A stretch of 64,000 bases of DNA from Selaginella moellendorffii (GCF_000143415.4 NW_003314318.1:682001-746000); one strand, 5' to 3'; positions 1 through 14,150 are shown, numbered from the stretch's first letter. Translations and numbers: made by a program. The notes: a model not told the origin generated them from the sequence alone.

Positions 1-11
1 ATGAGATATAC

Positions 12-780
12 ATGCGTCAGGCTGGAGGATTTTTGGAGCCAGGCAAGGAGCAACTGGTTTGCAAAGCCTTGTACGGCTTGAAACATTTGGTAGCAAACGT
101 TCAACAATTTGCTGTGGCAGCATTCCTTTGGAAACACAGCTGCAGATGTCAACGTGTACATCTCAGACTGGCGTCAACAAGCCATCACCATCATTATCTT
201 TATGTTGATGACCTTCTCCTCATTCCACTGATTACATTTTGCAGATGAAGTGGCGGTTATCTAGCACCTTTGCAAGACTTACCAGTTGGCCGGTTTTTGG
301 GACCACCAACACCTACCTCCGCATTAGCCTGACTACATTCACAAACTTTTCTCACAAGCACAATATGCAAGATTTCAACTCTTCAGCGACCCCCATGGAG
401 GTTGGTGCTGCAAGGATTACAACGACCAACCTTTCGATGCAACCTTGTTCTGAAGTTTGGTAGCCGGGTTAATATACTCAGTCCACACTTTTCAAGATAT
501 TCTTTTGAGGGCTTTGAATGCAAAAAAGGGAAGGGGACAATATGGTTGTTCTTTTCAACTTTGCCTGAAGTCCATCTAGGGAAGCTAGCACGACTCCAGA
601 CCTTTGAAAGTGGCACTGATTCCACAGGGTGTTGAGGGTGATGCATCGTCAGAAAGCTCCACATCAGGTTATGGAAACCATTCTGAAGATTCAAGAGCGG
701 CAGTGAAAGACATTGAGAAGAGCTGCATCCCTTGGTTGGAGTATCGTAAGACAAAGTACCGTTTGTAAGACCCACTTTCT
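12..780 (+). pseudogene. Decayed Ty1/Copia RT/RNase H fragment
   Basis: Fragmentary Copia-type motifs: EPGKEQLVC..KALYGLK, LYVDDLL, ATPME, and LGWSIVRQSTV (RNase H SW.S.KQ.TV-like); multiple frameshifts. Confidence 0.6.
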
Positions 781-972
781 AGTATTCAAAGTGTTTTTTT
801 CGCCAGAGTTACTTCTACTCGTCGTCATAGGCTTCCTGGTCAAACAGCTCATCTTCTTCTCCCTCCAACAGTTCCATGTCGTACTCCGAGTCAGACTCCG
901 CTGGCATCGAAGCCGTGCTAAGAAAAATGACCACCACTAGTCAGCAGAGTATCAAGCAGTGTGAACTACAGC

Positions 973-2757
973 TTACATATCAGACGATGAAGCACCATCG
1001 CGCTTGCGCTTCCGAACATGCTCCTCAGGCACATCCCTCATAGATTCCTAGCAGGAACAGTGCAGTTAGAGCGAAAGAAACCAGGCTTCTTACCATGATT
1101 GCCTTGTCGTTGCCGTCTATGTTGTCCACGTAGTCCCTCAGCATATGGATCTTCTGTAAATCATCGCCAAGTAGCTCAAACTTCACCTTGTACTGACACA
1201 AGTTCGGGGATGTCTTGAGGTCCACGAATGCACCTCTGACTTTACGTTTTCTCTTCCACGCCTGAGGCTTGAACGTTGTATAATTGGTCCCCGAGACGAT
1301 GAAGAAAAGTCCCACAATGAAGATCCCGTTGCTGCTCAAATGCTTCAACAGTAGCTCCACGGGATGCCACACGACTGGATATTTCTCTGAAACAGTCGCC
1401 TGGAGGAGGTACGCCCGTTTGGTCTTGAAGTTTATGTAGAGGCTGTCGATGGCAGCCTCCGTCTTCGTCCTGGGCCAAAAATAAGCAGCTGCATAGCCTT
1501 TTTTGAGGCACTTCTGAATCTTCTTCTGCAGGTCCGCAAAGTCGTGATAAAAGATGACATGCAGGTCATCCACTCCATCTGCCAGCAACAGGTCGTTCGC
1601 AGCGTTGTTCGACACATGTCTGTGCTTCTGGCCACGCTTCGGTAGATCGCATATTCGTTCACAGCTGACGAGGTACTTCGGAAAGGTCATGTGCATGAGT
1701 AGTTCCATCAAAGTACCCCGGAAATCTGCCAGGCCGCCGACTCCCCTTAGACTGCTGTACTGCTTGATCATCTCTGACCAGTGTTCCTTCTCAAGCCGGA
1801 GCAGCAACTGCTCCTTCACGAAGTTTGAAGCAATCTTCGTGCAGCCTTCAGATGAGTCGCCTCCCCTGTCTAAATGAAGGAGCTGGTGCGAAAACGTACT
1901 CTCCAGATCATGGTTTCCTATCAGGGAGAAGAGCGACAGTAAGTTTTCTGTCTTCAGGAGATTACCCTTCATGGCCTGCTGGACGCACTTGAACTTCTTT
2001 GGTGTCTGGAACACGAGCCTCGGAATAGGACCGGCAACGTCAATGTGCTTTTGAACTGTTCTCCATTCCAGCTTACTACTGTATGCAACACTCCAGCACT
2101 CCATGAGCTCTTCTTTGCTCCATAGCCGAGCATAAAAAGCGTCAGAGCCTCCAGAAACCTTGCTGAACTCTTTGTATACCTTCACGTCAGGACTTGAGAT
2201 CAGCAGGGTCTGGGCATCGATGGAGTCCGAGTTTGGAATCCTACTCCCGTCGTGGATGTACATTGTAGAGGAGTCCATAAAGTACTCGCTCGCCCCATGG
2301 AGATCGAGAACAGAGTCGAACTTGCCGTCACGAAACAGGAAGTACACTCCCGCAGCTAGCTTCTCCTTGTAGTAGACTGCTGTGCGCTTGCCCACCACAG
2401 CAAAAAGGAACAGAAGCTGGAGACCCGTCACCGATTTGCCGACGCCTGGATTCCCGACGTACAGCCTCTGAGTCTTGTCTCCTTCCTCTTCATCGTCCAG
2501 CACGCTCTCGTAAAGCTCCAGACACTCCTCGCGAACATAGAGGCAGCGGCTCTTGGGCACGTCCCTGATGTTGCGGCCGAGTTTGATCATGAAGAAGGAG
2601 CCCACAATGTCGTCTTTCTTCGGGTCGAGCGTCACAAACCCATCGTCGCCCAAGGTCTGAAATTCGGAGAGGTGGAAATTGACGAAGTAGTTGTGGCGGC
2701 CTGCGAAATCTAAATCAAGCACACACATTTCGAAGATCAAGACTTACCGCGCTCCAT
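973..2757 (-). CDS. Crinkler/RHS (CR)-family protein: P-loop NTPase + PD-(D/E)xK restriction-endonuclease-fold domain, about 563 aa, 3 exons (2757-2748, 2700-1094, 1047-973)
   Basis: Motifs: Walker A GNPGVGKS, YIHDG, LISSPD, LWSKEEL, GPIPRLVF, G.LME..MH, P.....AAIDSL...LLQATVS. GT-AG introns at 2747-2701 (47 nt) and 1093-1048 (46 nt) give an open frame from MERGRHNY to RKRKRDGASSSDM*. Confidence 0.82.
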
Positions 2758-3255
2758 ATTGCTTCAACTAAAACCCTAGGCTAGGGCAGAACTCTTAAGA
2801 ATATTCTACCTTCGATTACAAAAACTCATTACACTTATACCTCAAGAAGGAAATCTGTTGCCATCTTTTACACACTCGCCAAATAGACACAAGAGGGTGG
2901 TGCGCTGGGCATTTGTATAATCACATGACTTGCAAGAGCGTGGATTAACTGTTATTTAGATTTTGTAGTTTGGGCATTTTTGTAATTTGTAGAAAATAGA
3001 GGGGTGTTTTTGTAATTAACTCTTGCTGGATAAGCCAACCTGAATAATTAAGAATATAGGGGTAAACTTTTGTAACTTTCCCAAACAGAAATTCAAATCC
3101 ACTTTCTCATAAATTTCTTGGACTGAAGAAAAATGGAATTAAACGAAAGAGAAGATGCTTGTTGTCATTATGATCTGGAAGAAGCAAAAAACTAAGGAGA
3201 ATTCAATGAAATCAGTCATTTCCTGATTTGCAAAAAATAAGAATAAAACCATATA

Positions 3256-3279
3256 TTTAGGGTTTAGGGTTTAGGGTTT
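3256..3279 (+). repeat. Short interstitial plant telomere-type repeat (TTTAGGG)3
   Basis: tttagggtttagggtttagggttt seen directly. Confidence 0.8.
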
Positions 3280-3297
3280 CAGGCTAATTAAAATATA

Positions 3298-6200
3298 TGT
3301 GAGGGCTAAAATAGAAGATGCTATGCGCTTGCAATTGAATAACCAAACTTAGTTGATGGTGGTGTTCACGGCACGTAGTACAACTCCTCCTACTCTTGGT
3401 GCTAATCCTTGTGTTCGGCCGGAGTTCTTTTGCGGGGATCTTGGGGATGATGTGTACCATTGGTTCGATCACTTTATGGTGATTGCCATATATCATTCTT
3501 GGGATGATGCTCGACATTTGCGTGAGTTTCCCACGTGTCTCCAAAGGACGGCATTGCAGTGGTACAATGGTTTGAGCGCAGCCACTCGTGGGGATTTAAG
3601 TGTTCTCCCGGACGTCTTCAAATGCGCCTTCAGACATGTTGATGATTGTGATGATGCTTTCCAACAATTGCATCGTCTTCGCCAAGGGCCATCTGAGTCG
3701 GTGATGCAATTTGGCGTTTGTTTCCAAAGTCTTTTGCTTCGTGCAGAGCCAAATATGTTGAAGAGGATCAAGCTAGGAATGTTGTAGCCAACACTTTGTC
3801 AAGATCTTGTTGGACTTGTGCATGCACTTGCTCCTGCCACCCTTGACGATGCTCTTCGCTTGGCACAACGTTATGAGACATCGCCTCTTCCTCTTCTCAC
3901 TGCACGTCTTTCCGCTCCACTTCCTATAGGTGATGGTCCTGTTCCAATGAAGGTTGATGCTGCTGCTGCTCGAGTCCAAGGACAAGCACGAGGACGTGGT
4001 CGTAGCCGTGATGTTCACTGCTGGGCATGTGATGAAGTTGGTCATACTTATCGGCGTTGTCGTCGTTTTCTAGATTGGCAACCTCCATTTCTTGGGTGGA
4101 GACCTTGGCGTCAGCAACGTCCCATGGGTGCTACTGCAGTGGAAGCTCTAGACACCGAGATGCATCTGGGAAACGAGGAGACACGCGAGTAATGGAGGGA
4201 CCTTGCGCGAATAAATCAGTGTTTCGGGAGTATCATCAAGGGGTTCACTTGGCACCGGTTCATCCAGTGTTTACTTTCCAAGCTCGTTTTTATAACAAGA
4301 GGTCTTCTATTATTCTCTCCGTGTTGGTTGATACAGTTTCGAGTTTATCTTCTATTGCTCGACCTGTTGCCACATGTTGTCGTCTACACTTGCATCATAC
4401 GGTTGAACCAATTTTCATTCTTTATGGCAACGGCCATACACATGCATGTGCACGGGATGAGGCGGACCTAGTTGTGCGTGTGGGTGATCTCGAGCTTGAG
4501 TTGCAGTCGTTGCGGGTGGTGCCGAGTCAAGCTTTTGACCTCATTCTTGGTATAGATTGGTTGCAGAGTAATCATGCCAAGTGTGACTTTGAGGCTTCTC
4601 CCCCTTGTCTCATACTTATGTTTCATCCATTCCTCTCATTTCCGTACCTCTTCATCCCTTTACTTTTACCTTTGCTTCCATTACTTTTGTCCCCCCACTA
4701 TTTCCTCTTATGTTTCCGTCTTGTTTTGCTCTTTTCTTTTACGATCCTTCTGACAATCTTTGTGTTGCTGCGGTTGACCGGCTCATGAAGGAGTATTCTG
4801 ATCTCTTTGAATTTGACCTATTGTCTAGGGCCAAGATTGCCACATGTCATCCGATTCCAACTAGGGATGCTCGTCCAATCAAGGTTCCTATTCACGTCGG
4901 TCACCCAAGGAAATTAAGATTTTACATGCAAACGTCAAGGAGATGCTGGAGAAGGGTGTTATTCGGAAGTCGCGGAGTCCTTGGGCATGTGAACCTCATC
5001 TTGTGACGAAGCCTGATGGGAGTATTCATTTTTATATCGACTATCGTTCGTTAAACGAAGTGACGATCCTAGATGTGTACCCTCTTCCTCACACTACTTT
5101 TCTCTTGGATCGTCTTGGGCGAAGTCATTGGTTCACCAAGCTAGATCTTGCTTCTGGGTATTAGCAAGTACCGATGGCCGAAGAAGATATTCCTAAGACT
5201 GCTTTTCGTATGCCATTTGGTTTATACGAGTTTTTGGTGATGCCGTTTGGTTTGAACAATGCTCTAGCAACTTTCCAACAGATGATGGACGAGGTTCTTT
5301 GCGATATGCCGGAGGTGACTGCTAACTTCATTGATGATGTTTTGATCCACTCAGAAGGGACGTGGGAGGAGCACGTTCATGATGTTTGTAAAGTGTTGGA
5401 TCGGCTACGTGACCTTAGTTTAAAACTGAAGCAGTCGAAGTGCGTGTTTGGGTCCAAGGACACAATTTATCTTGGGTATCGTATTTCATATAAGGGTTTG
5501 CAAGTTGATCATAACAAACTTGTGGCTGTTCTAAAATTCCCTACTTCGAAGTGTGTAAATGATGTGCAGCGCTTTTTGGGCAAGGTGTAGTATCTCAGTC
5601 GTTTTGTGGATGATCTTTCTAATTGCACTACACCATTGCGAGTGTTGCTGAAGTCATCAATGTCATCTTTCATCTGGTCTCCAGATTGTGAGCAGGTGTC
5701 TATGGATCTCAAAGAGCTATTGATGACTCCTTCAGTTTTGGCATATCCTAACTACACTCGACGCAATGGCTATTGACTTCATTGATGATGTCTTGATCCA
5801 CTCAGAGGGGACGTGGGAGGAGCATGTTCATGATGTTTGTAAAGTGTTGGATCGGTTACGCGATGTTGGTTGAAAACTGAAGCGGTCGATGTGTGTGTTT
5901 GGGTCCAAGGACACAACTTATCTTGGGTATCGTATTTCACGTGAGGGTTTGCAAGTTGATCATGACAAACTTGTGGCTGTTCTAAAGTTCCCTACTCCGA
6001 AGTGTGTGAATGATGAGGTTCGCGATGCTCAAAAGATTGAACCGTGGATTCGAAGGCTTCGAGATGGGTTTGAGAATCCTGCATCACTTACTGATGACTT
6101 GCCTTTCTAGCATTTACATTCTCAATATCACCTTGAAGACGGCCTTCTTTATTTTGTGGGGACGGATCTTGATGATCATTTACGGCTGGTGGTGCCTTCT

Positions 6201-7572
6201 GTCTTTATTCCGCGGTTTCTCCATGTCTACCATGATTCTCCTGTTCTAGGTGGGAATATGGGACATCGTCGTGTAACCAAAAAGCTGCACAAGTCTTTTT
6301 ATTGGCCGGAGATGCAACATGATATTATCCGATATGTGCGTAGCTGCATTTGGTGCCATGCTCGTAATACTCCCCCTCATGCTGCCGAAGGATGGTTGGA
6401 GTCAATTGCGGTTTCCCGTCCGTTTGAGTTGGTGGCATTTGATATTATGGGACCTTTTCCACGGTCAATTGCTGACAATGAGTATGTTATTATTGCTTCT
6501 GACTACTTGAGTCGTTGGGTGGAAGTTGGTGCTCTTGTTAGTGCCTCTGCAACTGCTGTTGGATACTTCCTCCTCAATCGAGTGGTGTTCCAACATTCTT
6601 GTCCAGAGTAGATTCTTTCGGATAATGGTCCCGCATTTATGGCTGAGGCATTTCATGTTTTGATGTCTCGGTTGGGGATACGCCACACTTTCACAAGTGC
6701 TTATCATCCACAATCAGACGGTCTAGTGGAATGGCTCGTTCAGACATTCAAAGGGATGATTGTGAAGTATGTGAACTTTCAACATTTGGATTGGGATGGT
6801 TATTTGCCGTCTCTTCGGTATGCATATATCACAGGGGTGTAGAGTTCTATTAGTGCTTCAGCATATAAACTCCTATATGGTCATGATCCAATATTACCAA
6901 TGGAGCTGGGTTTACCTTCGCGATTGCCACGAGCTGCCGATGCTAGGTCATGGGATTAGTATTTGACGAGCATTCTTCCATTTGTCCGAGCAGAGTCTAC
7001 CCAACACTTAGGCTGTGTACAAGTGGGACAACAATGGCACTACAACTCCCATTATCGTCCACCTGCAAAGTACAAAGTGGATGATTTGGTATTAGTCCGT
7101 TTTCCCCATCTCACGGTACATGGTTTATCTAAGGGGTTTTTTGCGCAATGGAAAGGACCGTATCGAGTGTTGCGGCAAGTTGGACCACAAGTTTATGAGG
7201 TTCGGCATGACGTTCAGTAGGCCGATCCTCTAGAGATTGTGCATGTGCAGCAGCTGAAACGCTTCATACAAAGGGATCATGAGGAGTTAATACCACCTAC
7301 AAATCCACTAATGCCTCCTCCTGACGTTCCTCCAGATCCCGGCCCATCTACAAGAGAACGCTGATGGTCTTCCATTATTCCGAGAGGAGGGGATGATGTG
7401 AGGGCCAAGTGTATGGCTACGATGCCGTATACTAATATTAGCATAGTGGGATTTTGGTAGCCGTTGGATTGATTTCAATTTGGACCACTCGCTCCTGTAT
7501 ATAAGCTAGGGTTTTTGGGCTAATTAATATGCACATTTTCTATATTCCCTTTTCATATTCCAAGCACTCACA
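3298..7572 (+). mobile_element. Decayed Ty3/Gypsy LTR retrotransposon (family D), 5' end deleted; 3' LTR about 7397-7572
   Basis: gag, zinc knuckle (CWACDEVGH), protease, RT and integrase remnants in Gypsy order. PPT gagaggagggg precedes a TGTGAGGGC...CACTCACA LTR; the same TGTGAGGGC start occurs at 3298. Confidence 0.85.
3353..7270 (+). pseudogene. gag-pol pseudogene of family D
   Basis: LRQGPSESV, VLVDT, LILGIDWL, KLDLASGY, MPFGL, FIDD, TSAYHPQSDG, WKGPYRV; many stops and frameshifts. Confidence 0.85.
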
Positions 7573-7596
7573 CACACACACACACACCACACACAC

Positions 7597-8073
7597 CCCT
7601 CCATCTCGGTCCATCTCGGTCCATCACGAACTCCATCTCGGACTCCATCTCAGTCCATCTCGAACTCCATCTTGGTCCATCTCGGACTCCATCTCGGACT
7701 CCATCTCGGACTCCATCTCGGATTCCATCTTGGGTCCATCTCGGACTCCATCTCGAACTCCTTCTCGGACTCCATCTCGGATTCCATCTCGGGTCCATCT
7801 CGGACTCCATTTCGGACTCCATCTCAAGTCCATCTCGAAGTCCATCTCGTGTCATGTGTTGGTCCTCTTGCATCCCTTTTCTAGAGACTCACTTATTGCT
7901 CACTTTGTGCTTGTTCCTCGAGCACTTCGTTGGGAGTTCCTCTCCTGCTCTCGACCCTTCAAGTCAGAGCTTTTAGTCCAAACGTGTTACGCTCATTTGG
8001 TTTTTTGCTTCGGCCACCACCACATGGCACCCTTCCGGCTCCACTTTGGGGCCTAGGGATTTTGTGTCTCACA
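7597..8073 (-). repeat. Partial LTR of family B containing the CTCGGACTCCAT-type 12-mer array
   Basis: Same sequence as the ends of the LTRs at 24773-26415 and 58820-60485; ends ...gtgtctcaca, followed by the reverse-complement PPT actccaccacccata. Confidence 0.8.
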
Positions 8074-11000
8074 ACTCCACCACCCATAGACAAAGTTCGA
8101 TGTCCTCATCGAACGATAGACTATTTCATAAAGTAATACCAACATGTATTACCCTTTCCATCCTTGGCACCTCGCCAACATTCGTTAATGGTTTGACACC
8201 AAAGGCTCACCATGCTTTGTTCATCCTCTAAGGAGCATAGTCTCTCCAACTTAGAAACTCATTCGACCATTTGTGGTGGTTCTCTCCTTTTATTGGTTTA
8301 GTTCTCGCTAAACCTGTTAGAGACACCTTATCTAACTCAATCTCACTATAAGCCACAAAATTTTCCTTTCCAATTTGCCAGCTTACCTCGTCTATCTGTC
8401 CAATACTGTCTTGGCTTTTGCTAAGTTCCTTCGCCAAAGTTCCCGCCTATGGTACCAGCTCCTACTTGGTTCTACTTGATTTCAGTTACTCACTGCACAA
8501 GCAACGGAGTGTTAGCCATCCATCCACGGATTCCCAAATCTCTCCCAATCCCCCTCCCTGGGTTAAACTGGACTGAAGGTTCGGCTACATTCCCCACAAG
8601 CACAAGCAGCCAAACACACCAAGCTTCCAGGTTCCTAACATCCCTTGGTACCACAAGACTTGATCATGGGACCCTCTAAATCCCAAGTCTTGGGTGCAAC
8701 ACTTGCTTCGGGACGCCGGGGCGAAACACCGTGGCCTAACGGCCCGGTATGGGTAGCTCTACCCCCCACTTCCATCCCGAAGGGGAGGTCCAAGCCTCTA
8801 GGAAGGGCGAGGACCAATGAGCCATATGGTACTCAAGTGGGGCACCATTCCACATGAGCTAGGAGCACTGTAGTCGGTTTCCCTTTCGAGAGTGGGAGCT
8901 ACTCTTGAGCAGTTCCTTGGATAACCCCTCTGGCACCAACCAAGTCCATGCTCACTCCCACCTAAGGCCCCTCGGTCTCAATCTCAACCTCAAGTCAGTT
9001 TGGAAGCCCCACTGAAGAGTTCCTTCAAAACTGGTTCCTAGACCTCCCTATCCCTACTATACTTTTGGAACCCCCTGCAGCCCCCCCCCCCCCCCCCCCG
9101 GGAGATGCACGCTTTGGGCTTTCACCCCTTGACCTGTATTAGTACTCGGACTCAGTCTCGGGCTTGATCTCGGACTCGATCTCGGACCCGACTTCAGATT
9201 CGGTCTCGGACTCAATCTTGGACTCGATCTCGGACCCGATCTTGGACCTGATCTCGGACTCGACCTCGGACTCAACCTCGGACTTGGTCTCGGACCCGAT
9301 TCTTGGATCTCGGAGTCCGTCTCGAACTCGGTTTCCGAGTCGGCCTTGGACTTGATTCCGGACTCTATCTCGGCCTCGAACTCGGTTTCCGAGTCGGCCT
9401 TGGACTTGATTCCGGACTCTATCTCGAACTCGGTCTCAGAGTTGGTCTTGGACTCGATCTAAGACTCGGTCCCATCCGATGAACTCTTTGTCATTTTGGT
9501 CATGCTTTTGGGGGTCCTTTAGCCTATGACACCTCGGCGAGTTAGTTCCTTACAACTCCACCACCCATAGAAGAAGTTCGATGCCCACATCGAACGTCTC
9601 TCTTTTCTATCCTACGACTTGTTGACCATGTCTCCGGGGGCATCCCCCCACTTAGCGGTGTGCCTAAGTTAGCCTCCCCGGCCAAGAGCCCATGACAACG
9701 GAATATAGGTGTCCCTATACTCCTCACCTCACCACGCCCTAGTATGGGGTTGGGATTTGAACCCAGCCTTGCTTTATTAGGGGGTTAGGACTCGAACCCA
9801 ACCTCCGTAGAATATGTCTACGGATTTAACATCCCCGCAGGGAGTCGGGTGTAGTTCCCTACGCTTGCTCAACTTAGCTAACCCATGCTAATTAGCTTAC
9901 CTTCGGCGCACCTTTGGGTCCCAACATATGCCATTGCTCAACATCACAAATTGATACTTTAATTGAACTTTGCATAAGTACATAGAGTTCTGCCTTGTAG
10001 AAATTCCTCCACTAGATCTTGCGCATTCGCTAGGTTCTCTTCCGGTTCCCATGTTGCCTTGTAGTGTGGAAATCCTTTCCACTTCACATGGAACTCTCTC
10101 ACCTCGCGTCCTTGTCACTTGCTCTTGCGCGCATTGAGGATGGCCTCGACTTTGTATTCCTCTTCCCTTTGGATAACCTCAGGTAAAGGCCTTACTTGGT
10201 CCTTGCGAAGCGGATCCTCAAAGTATAGCTTGAGTAAGTTCACGTGGAACACTAGGTGCATCTTCCCCATCTCTCGAGGAAGTCGGAGACGGTAAGCCAC
10301 TTTACCGATTTGTGCCTCAATCTCATAAGGCCCCGCAAACCTGCTTAAGGAACTCAAGATCAATTCATTTACGGAATACATGCATTTTTACCTTTGGGTC
10401 AATTTCCAACTGATCCCGCTTGGTAGCCTGAGATTCTTGGTGTTTAGCCACACCTTCTCCCCAGCTTGGAAATCTACATCCTAACACTTCTGGTTCACGT
10501 ACTTGGTTTGCCTTTGTTAAGCTCATTCCAAGGAATCCCTCACAAGATTCCAAATGTTGAGTCTTTTCGCCGTGAATGCCTCCACTGCGGGTAACTCTCC
10601 ATGATACTCGGCCACACCGAGCTCCACAGGACCTTCAATAGCTCGCCCATTGATGACTTCCCATGGACTCACCCCGATACTCGAATGTGGTAAATTGTTA
10701 TAACACATTTCCGCAAGTCCCAAATGACTTTCCCAATCGGTCTGGTTTCCCGAGACATAGCATCGCAAATAATCCTCTAGCTGCCTATTCACCCTTTCCG
10801 TTTGTTCGTCTGTCAAGAAGTGTTAGTGCCATCAAACTTGACTTAATACCCCATACCTATCTGTGGGTGATAGGCTGTGAAGCTCTATTTCGTTAAAGTG
10901 GGAATTGTCATTATCCCACTTGTAAAATAAGGTTTCCAAACCTTTATATAGTATATAAATATAACAAAATTCAACTGTATTAAGGCATATGCCATTTTAT

Positions 11001-11321
11001 TTTAAACAAGGAAATGTCTACTCAATCACTTCTCCTCCCCCTGCCACTGCTTCACCTTTCTCTTCTCCTTGTCATCGTCGTCCAATTTCTTTCCATCCTT
11101 TTAATATTGGCTTAGTTGCTCCGAGTCTAGGTGGAGCCCAAGTCCCCATTCAATTTTTACTTTCCCCTTATTAATAAAACAACTTCGTAGACTTCCAATA
11201 ACATGCTGTAACACTTTTAGTATAATGCAAATCCTCTCAAAGAATTGTCTTTTAATATTAATACAATGGTATGGAACCCCATGCCATAATAAGTTACATT
11301 TTTAAATAAATACATGCCAAC

Positions 11322-12190
11322 TCAGACTGTTATTTTTTGCCTCCAACGCCTATACAATAATCTTGGAATTTCATCACTCTCCACACTATCAGGATTTAAA
11401 CCCAATAGTAATGCCATCTCTTCTCTAATACGTTCACGCTCATGTTCAGTGGTCGAAGAACCCATCCGGTTGAGCAGATTATGGAGATGCGGATAGTGCT
11501 TGGCTAGACAATATACATGCCATAAATGATGACTGGTGTTTGTCCGATCAAATGGCTTCTGATATACCGTTCCATCTGCCATTTGGTTGATTTCTGCAGC
11601 CACCTCCTGGACTGGCCGGTTCTCTATCACCATCGCTCCAAGCCGTTTTGCAAAGTCCCCCAGAACATACGGTTTCTTCTCCCTAGTTTCCATACTGCAA
11701 AAGATGGGGTGCACTGCATATGTGTGCGTGTTCGCTGCAGTTTTAATCGGCGAGTCATCGATGATGAGGATTTCACTTGACCTAGCAGTCCGGTTCATCA
11801 CTACAGCCTCTGGCTTGATGAAGATGGGCTTGCTACCCCTCACATGGACCATAGTCAAGCAATCCTCCTGCGTTAGGAGAAAGTCAAATGGTAATATTAC
11901 TCGCATCTGATCGTGCATCATCTGTAGCAACGTTAATGCATTGTGGCGCATCATGGATGTCCAAACTCCCAATTGCAAATTGAACCTGGCCCTCTTTTTT
12001 AAGTGTCACATGGTCATTATTAGATCCCACAGTTTCTCCCGTGTGATTAATGTGAATCTGTCTCTTTTGACCAACTTGCGACCGTAGGCTTTGGAGGGTG
12101 CAGTGACATTTGAGGACGAGCCACGCTCATGGGAGAAAAGGACACCGTTCAGATCAAAAACGATACAGCACCTTCGCCGTGACTCTGAAA
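11322..12190 (-). pseudogene. FCP1/NIF-type HAD phosphatase domain; probably the 3' exon of a large cargo gene; one in-frame TGA at 12006-12008
   Basis: IVFDLNGVL, LGVWTSM, LTQEDC, IFIKP, ILIIDDSPIK. ORFs 12006-12206 and 11322-11978 are in the same frame. Confidence 0.75.
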
Positions 12191-12234
12191 TGAAATGCGT
12201 CAGCATAAAAAATGGTACAAGTCAATTTTACCAT

Positions 12235-14101
12235 CTACAATATTAGCGAATGGTGCTCCCGATGGTCGTTGAAAGGGTTTTGGTCGAGGAAACGTGAAGG
12301 GCGGAAATACTCTCCTCTGCAATATGGGTCAATCGCATCCGATGGCGTGTGGGCACATGCCATTTCAGCTGTAGACTCTGGTACAACTGGCTCAACAGTG
12401 GCATGGGGTGGTTCCGATGGCGTGTGATCACACGCCATTTCAGCTGGTGCCTCCGTTGGCAAAGTGGACATGACCGAACAGGCAGCAGGGGCGGTGTAGG
12501 GAGGTTCCAACGGCGCGTAGTCAGACGATTGGGCACACGTTGAGTCCGTTGGAAATGAGGATACGACCGGCTCGGCGGCTAGGGCAGCCTCATGCGAGTC
12601 CAATGGCGCCTGGTCACCGTCAGTTGGATACGTGGACAAGATTGACTCAGTGGTATGGGCAGCATCAAGTGGAGCGTGGTCAGCTTGCTTGGCGTTGATA
12701 TGGATAGTAGCCTCCACCAGCTCTGATGACTCTTGCAGGCAAGTAGAGTCCACTGGCGGATCCATATGCATGTCCAAATATCTCCCTTCGATTGAGATGG
12801 TATCCTCCCTACTGGCTACTAAAAACAAACTCATTAACACATTGAATCGACTATACTGTATTTACCATCAACTGCTATTGAGGAACTAGGACCGATATCA
12901 CTTGGGCGCATTGCTGATTCTGAAGGATTGGACATACATTTCGACCCTTGTTTGGCACTATCCTTCCTCGACACTAAAGGCTAGAGTTTGTATCTTAATT
13001 CAACTGAATAATCTCTACTTACCATTTGCTTTGCAACCTACATGGACAATGTTAGAAATGGTAAAAGGTTAGGAATGGATGTACTATTATTTACCTGATG
13101 GTTTGTCTTGTATGACCTTCCTCCGTTGCTCTTTGGCCACCTCAGGCTGGCCATCGTCGTCATCATCGTCGTCGTCGTTATTGTGATCGTCACCATTGTG
13201 AGGACCATCCAAGTCCTCTTCGTCCTCCTCTTCTTCGTCCTCCTCTTCTTTGTCCTCCTCTTCGTCCTTCTGCTCTTCCTGCTCATTATCTTTCTCTGGC
13301 TCCTCATCCCCCTCCTGCATTTCTTCCATAGGCTGCTCAGGCTGGATGGCTTGTTCTTCCAGGACCATCTTGGGAAAATCATCTGGCCGAGTCTCCATCT
13401 CAAAATACAAGACATCCATAGCTTGTTTTAGTGCGTGACCTAGGACCGTATCCTCACCCGACTGTCTTAACATGGTTTTTGCACATTCTTACACCCTTCG
13501 AAGACGACGAGATGAGAAAAACGTGGCCCTGACTTGAAAAGCATCCCTCATCCATTGTACCTCTCCATTGAGATTGGGGAAGGGGAGTCCGCCATAGGAA
13601 TCTGAGTCAGGAGGTGGTGACTGGCTACCTTCACTCAGCCCTTGATCTGCAATGAATGGCATGAGCACACACGCCATAACCGCGAGGCATTACCTATCAT
13701 CTTTTCATTGCCCTTCTTCCTTTTCGAATCAAACGCCTCTGATCCCGACGACTGTCCAACGTGCTTTCGCTTTTTATGACCACTGCCAGTTTGAGCTTGG
13801 CTGGTGCTTGCCTGTTTTGCCTTTGAAGAAGTGTCTCTTGCAAGGAATGGCATGAGACCACACGCCATTGCAAATATAATTTGTACCTCCTTTTTCCTAT
13901 TGCTTGTCTGTTTGTCCTTCTTCGACGCGCCACCAGTGTGCTTTTCAGTCCTCATGTCTGAATATTCACAACGATCTATAATCAAAATGGCATGAGGCCT
14001 CACGTGACCTTACCTTGTGCAGGTTGTGAGCTCGGCCCAACATGGGTATCTTCAACAGTAGCTGTTAACGCCGTTTCAGCATCTGGGGGTGGCCACGCTC
14101 C
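12235..14101 (-). pseudogene. Low-complexity Pro/Ser/Lys-rich and acidic exons linking the cargo domains
   Basis: A series of short GT-AG introns (about 14150-14101, 14013-13976, 13693-13647 and 13094 onward) links ORFs 13635-14003, 13489-13677, 13087-13473 and 12235-12840; not every junction keeps frame. Confidence 0.55.
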
Positions 14102-14150
14102 TGCATACAGAGCTTGTGAGATAACATTTAAACTTAAAGTGCGTACTCAC

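Noticed and set aside
3256-3279. True telomere or chromosome-fusion scar
   Set aside because: Only three units; compatible with a telo-box or chance expansion.
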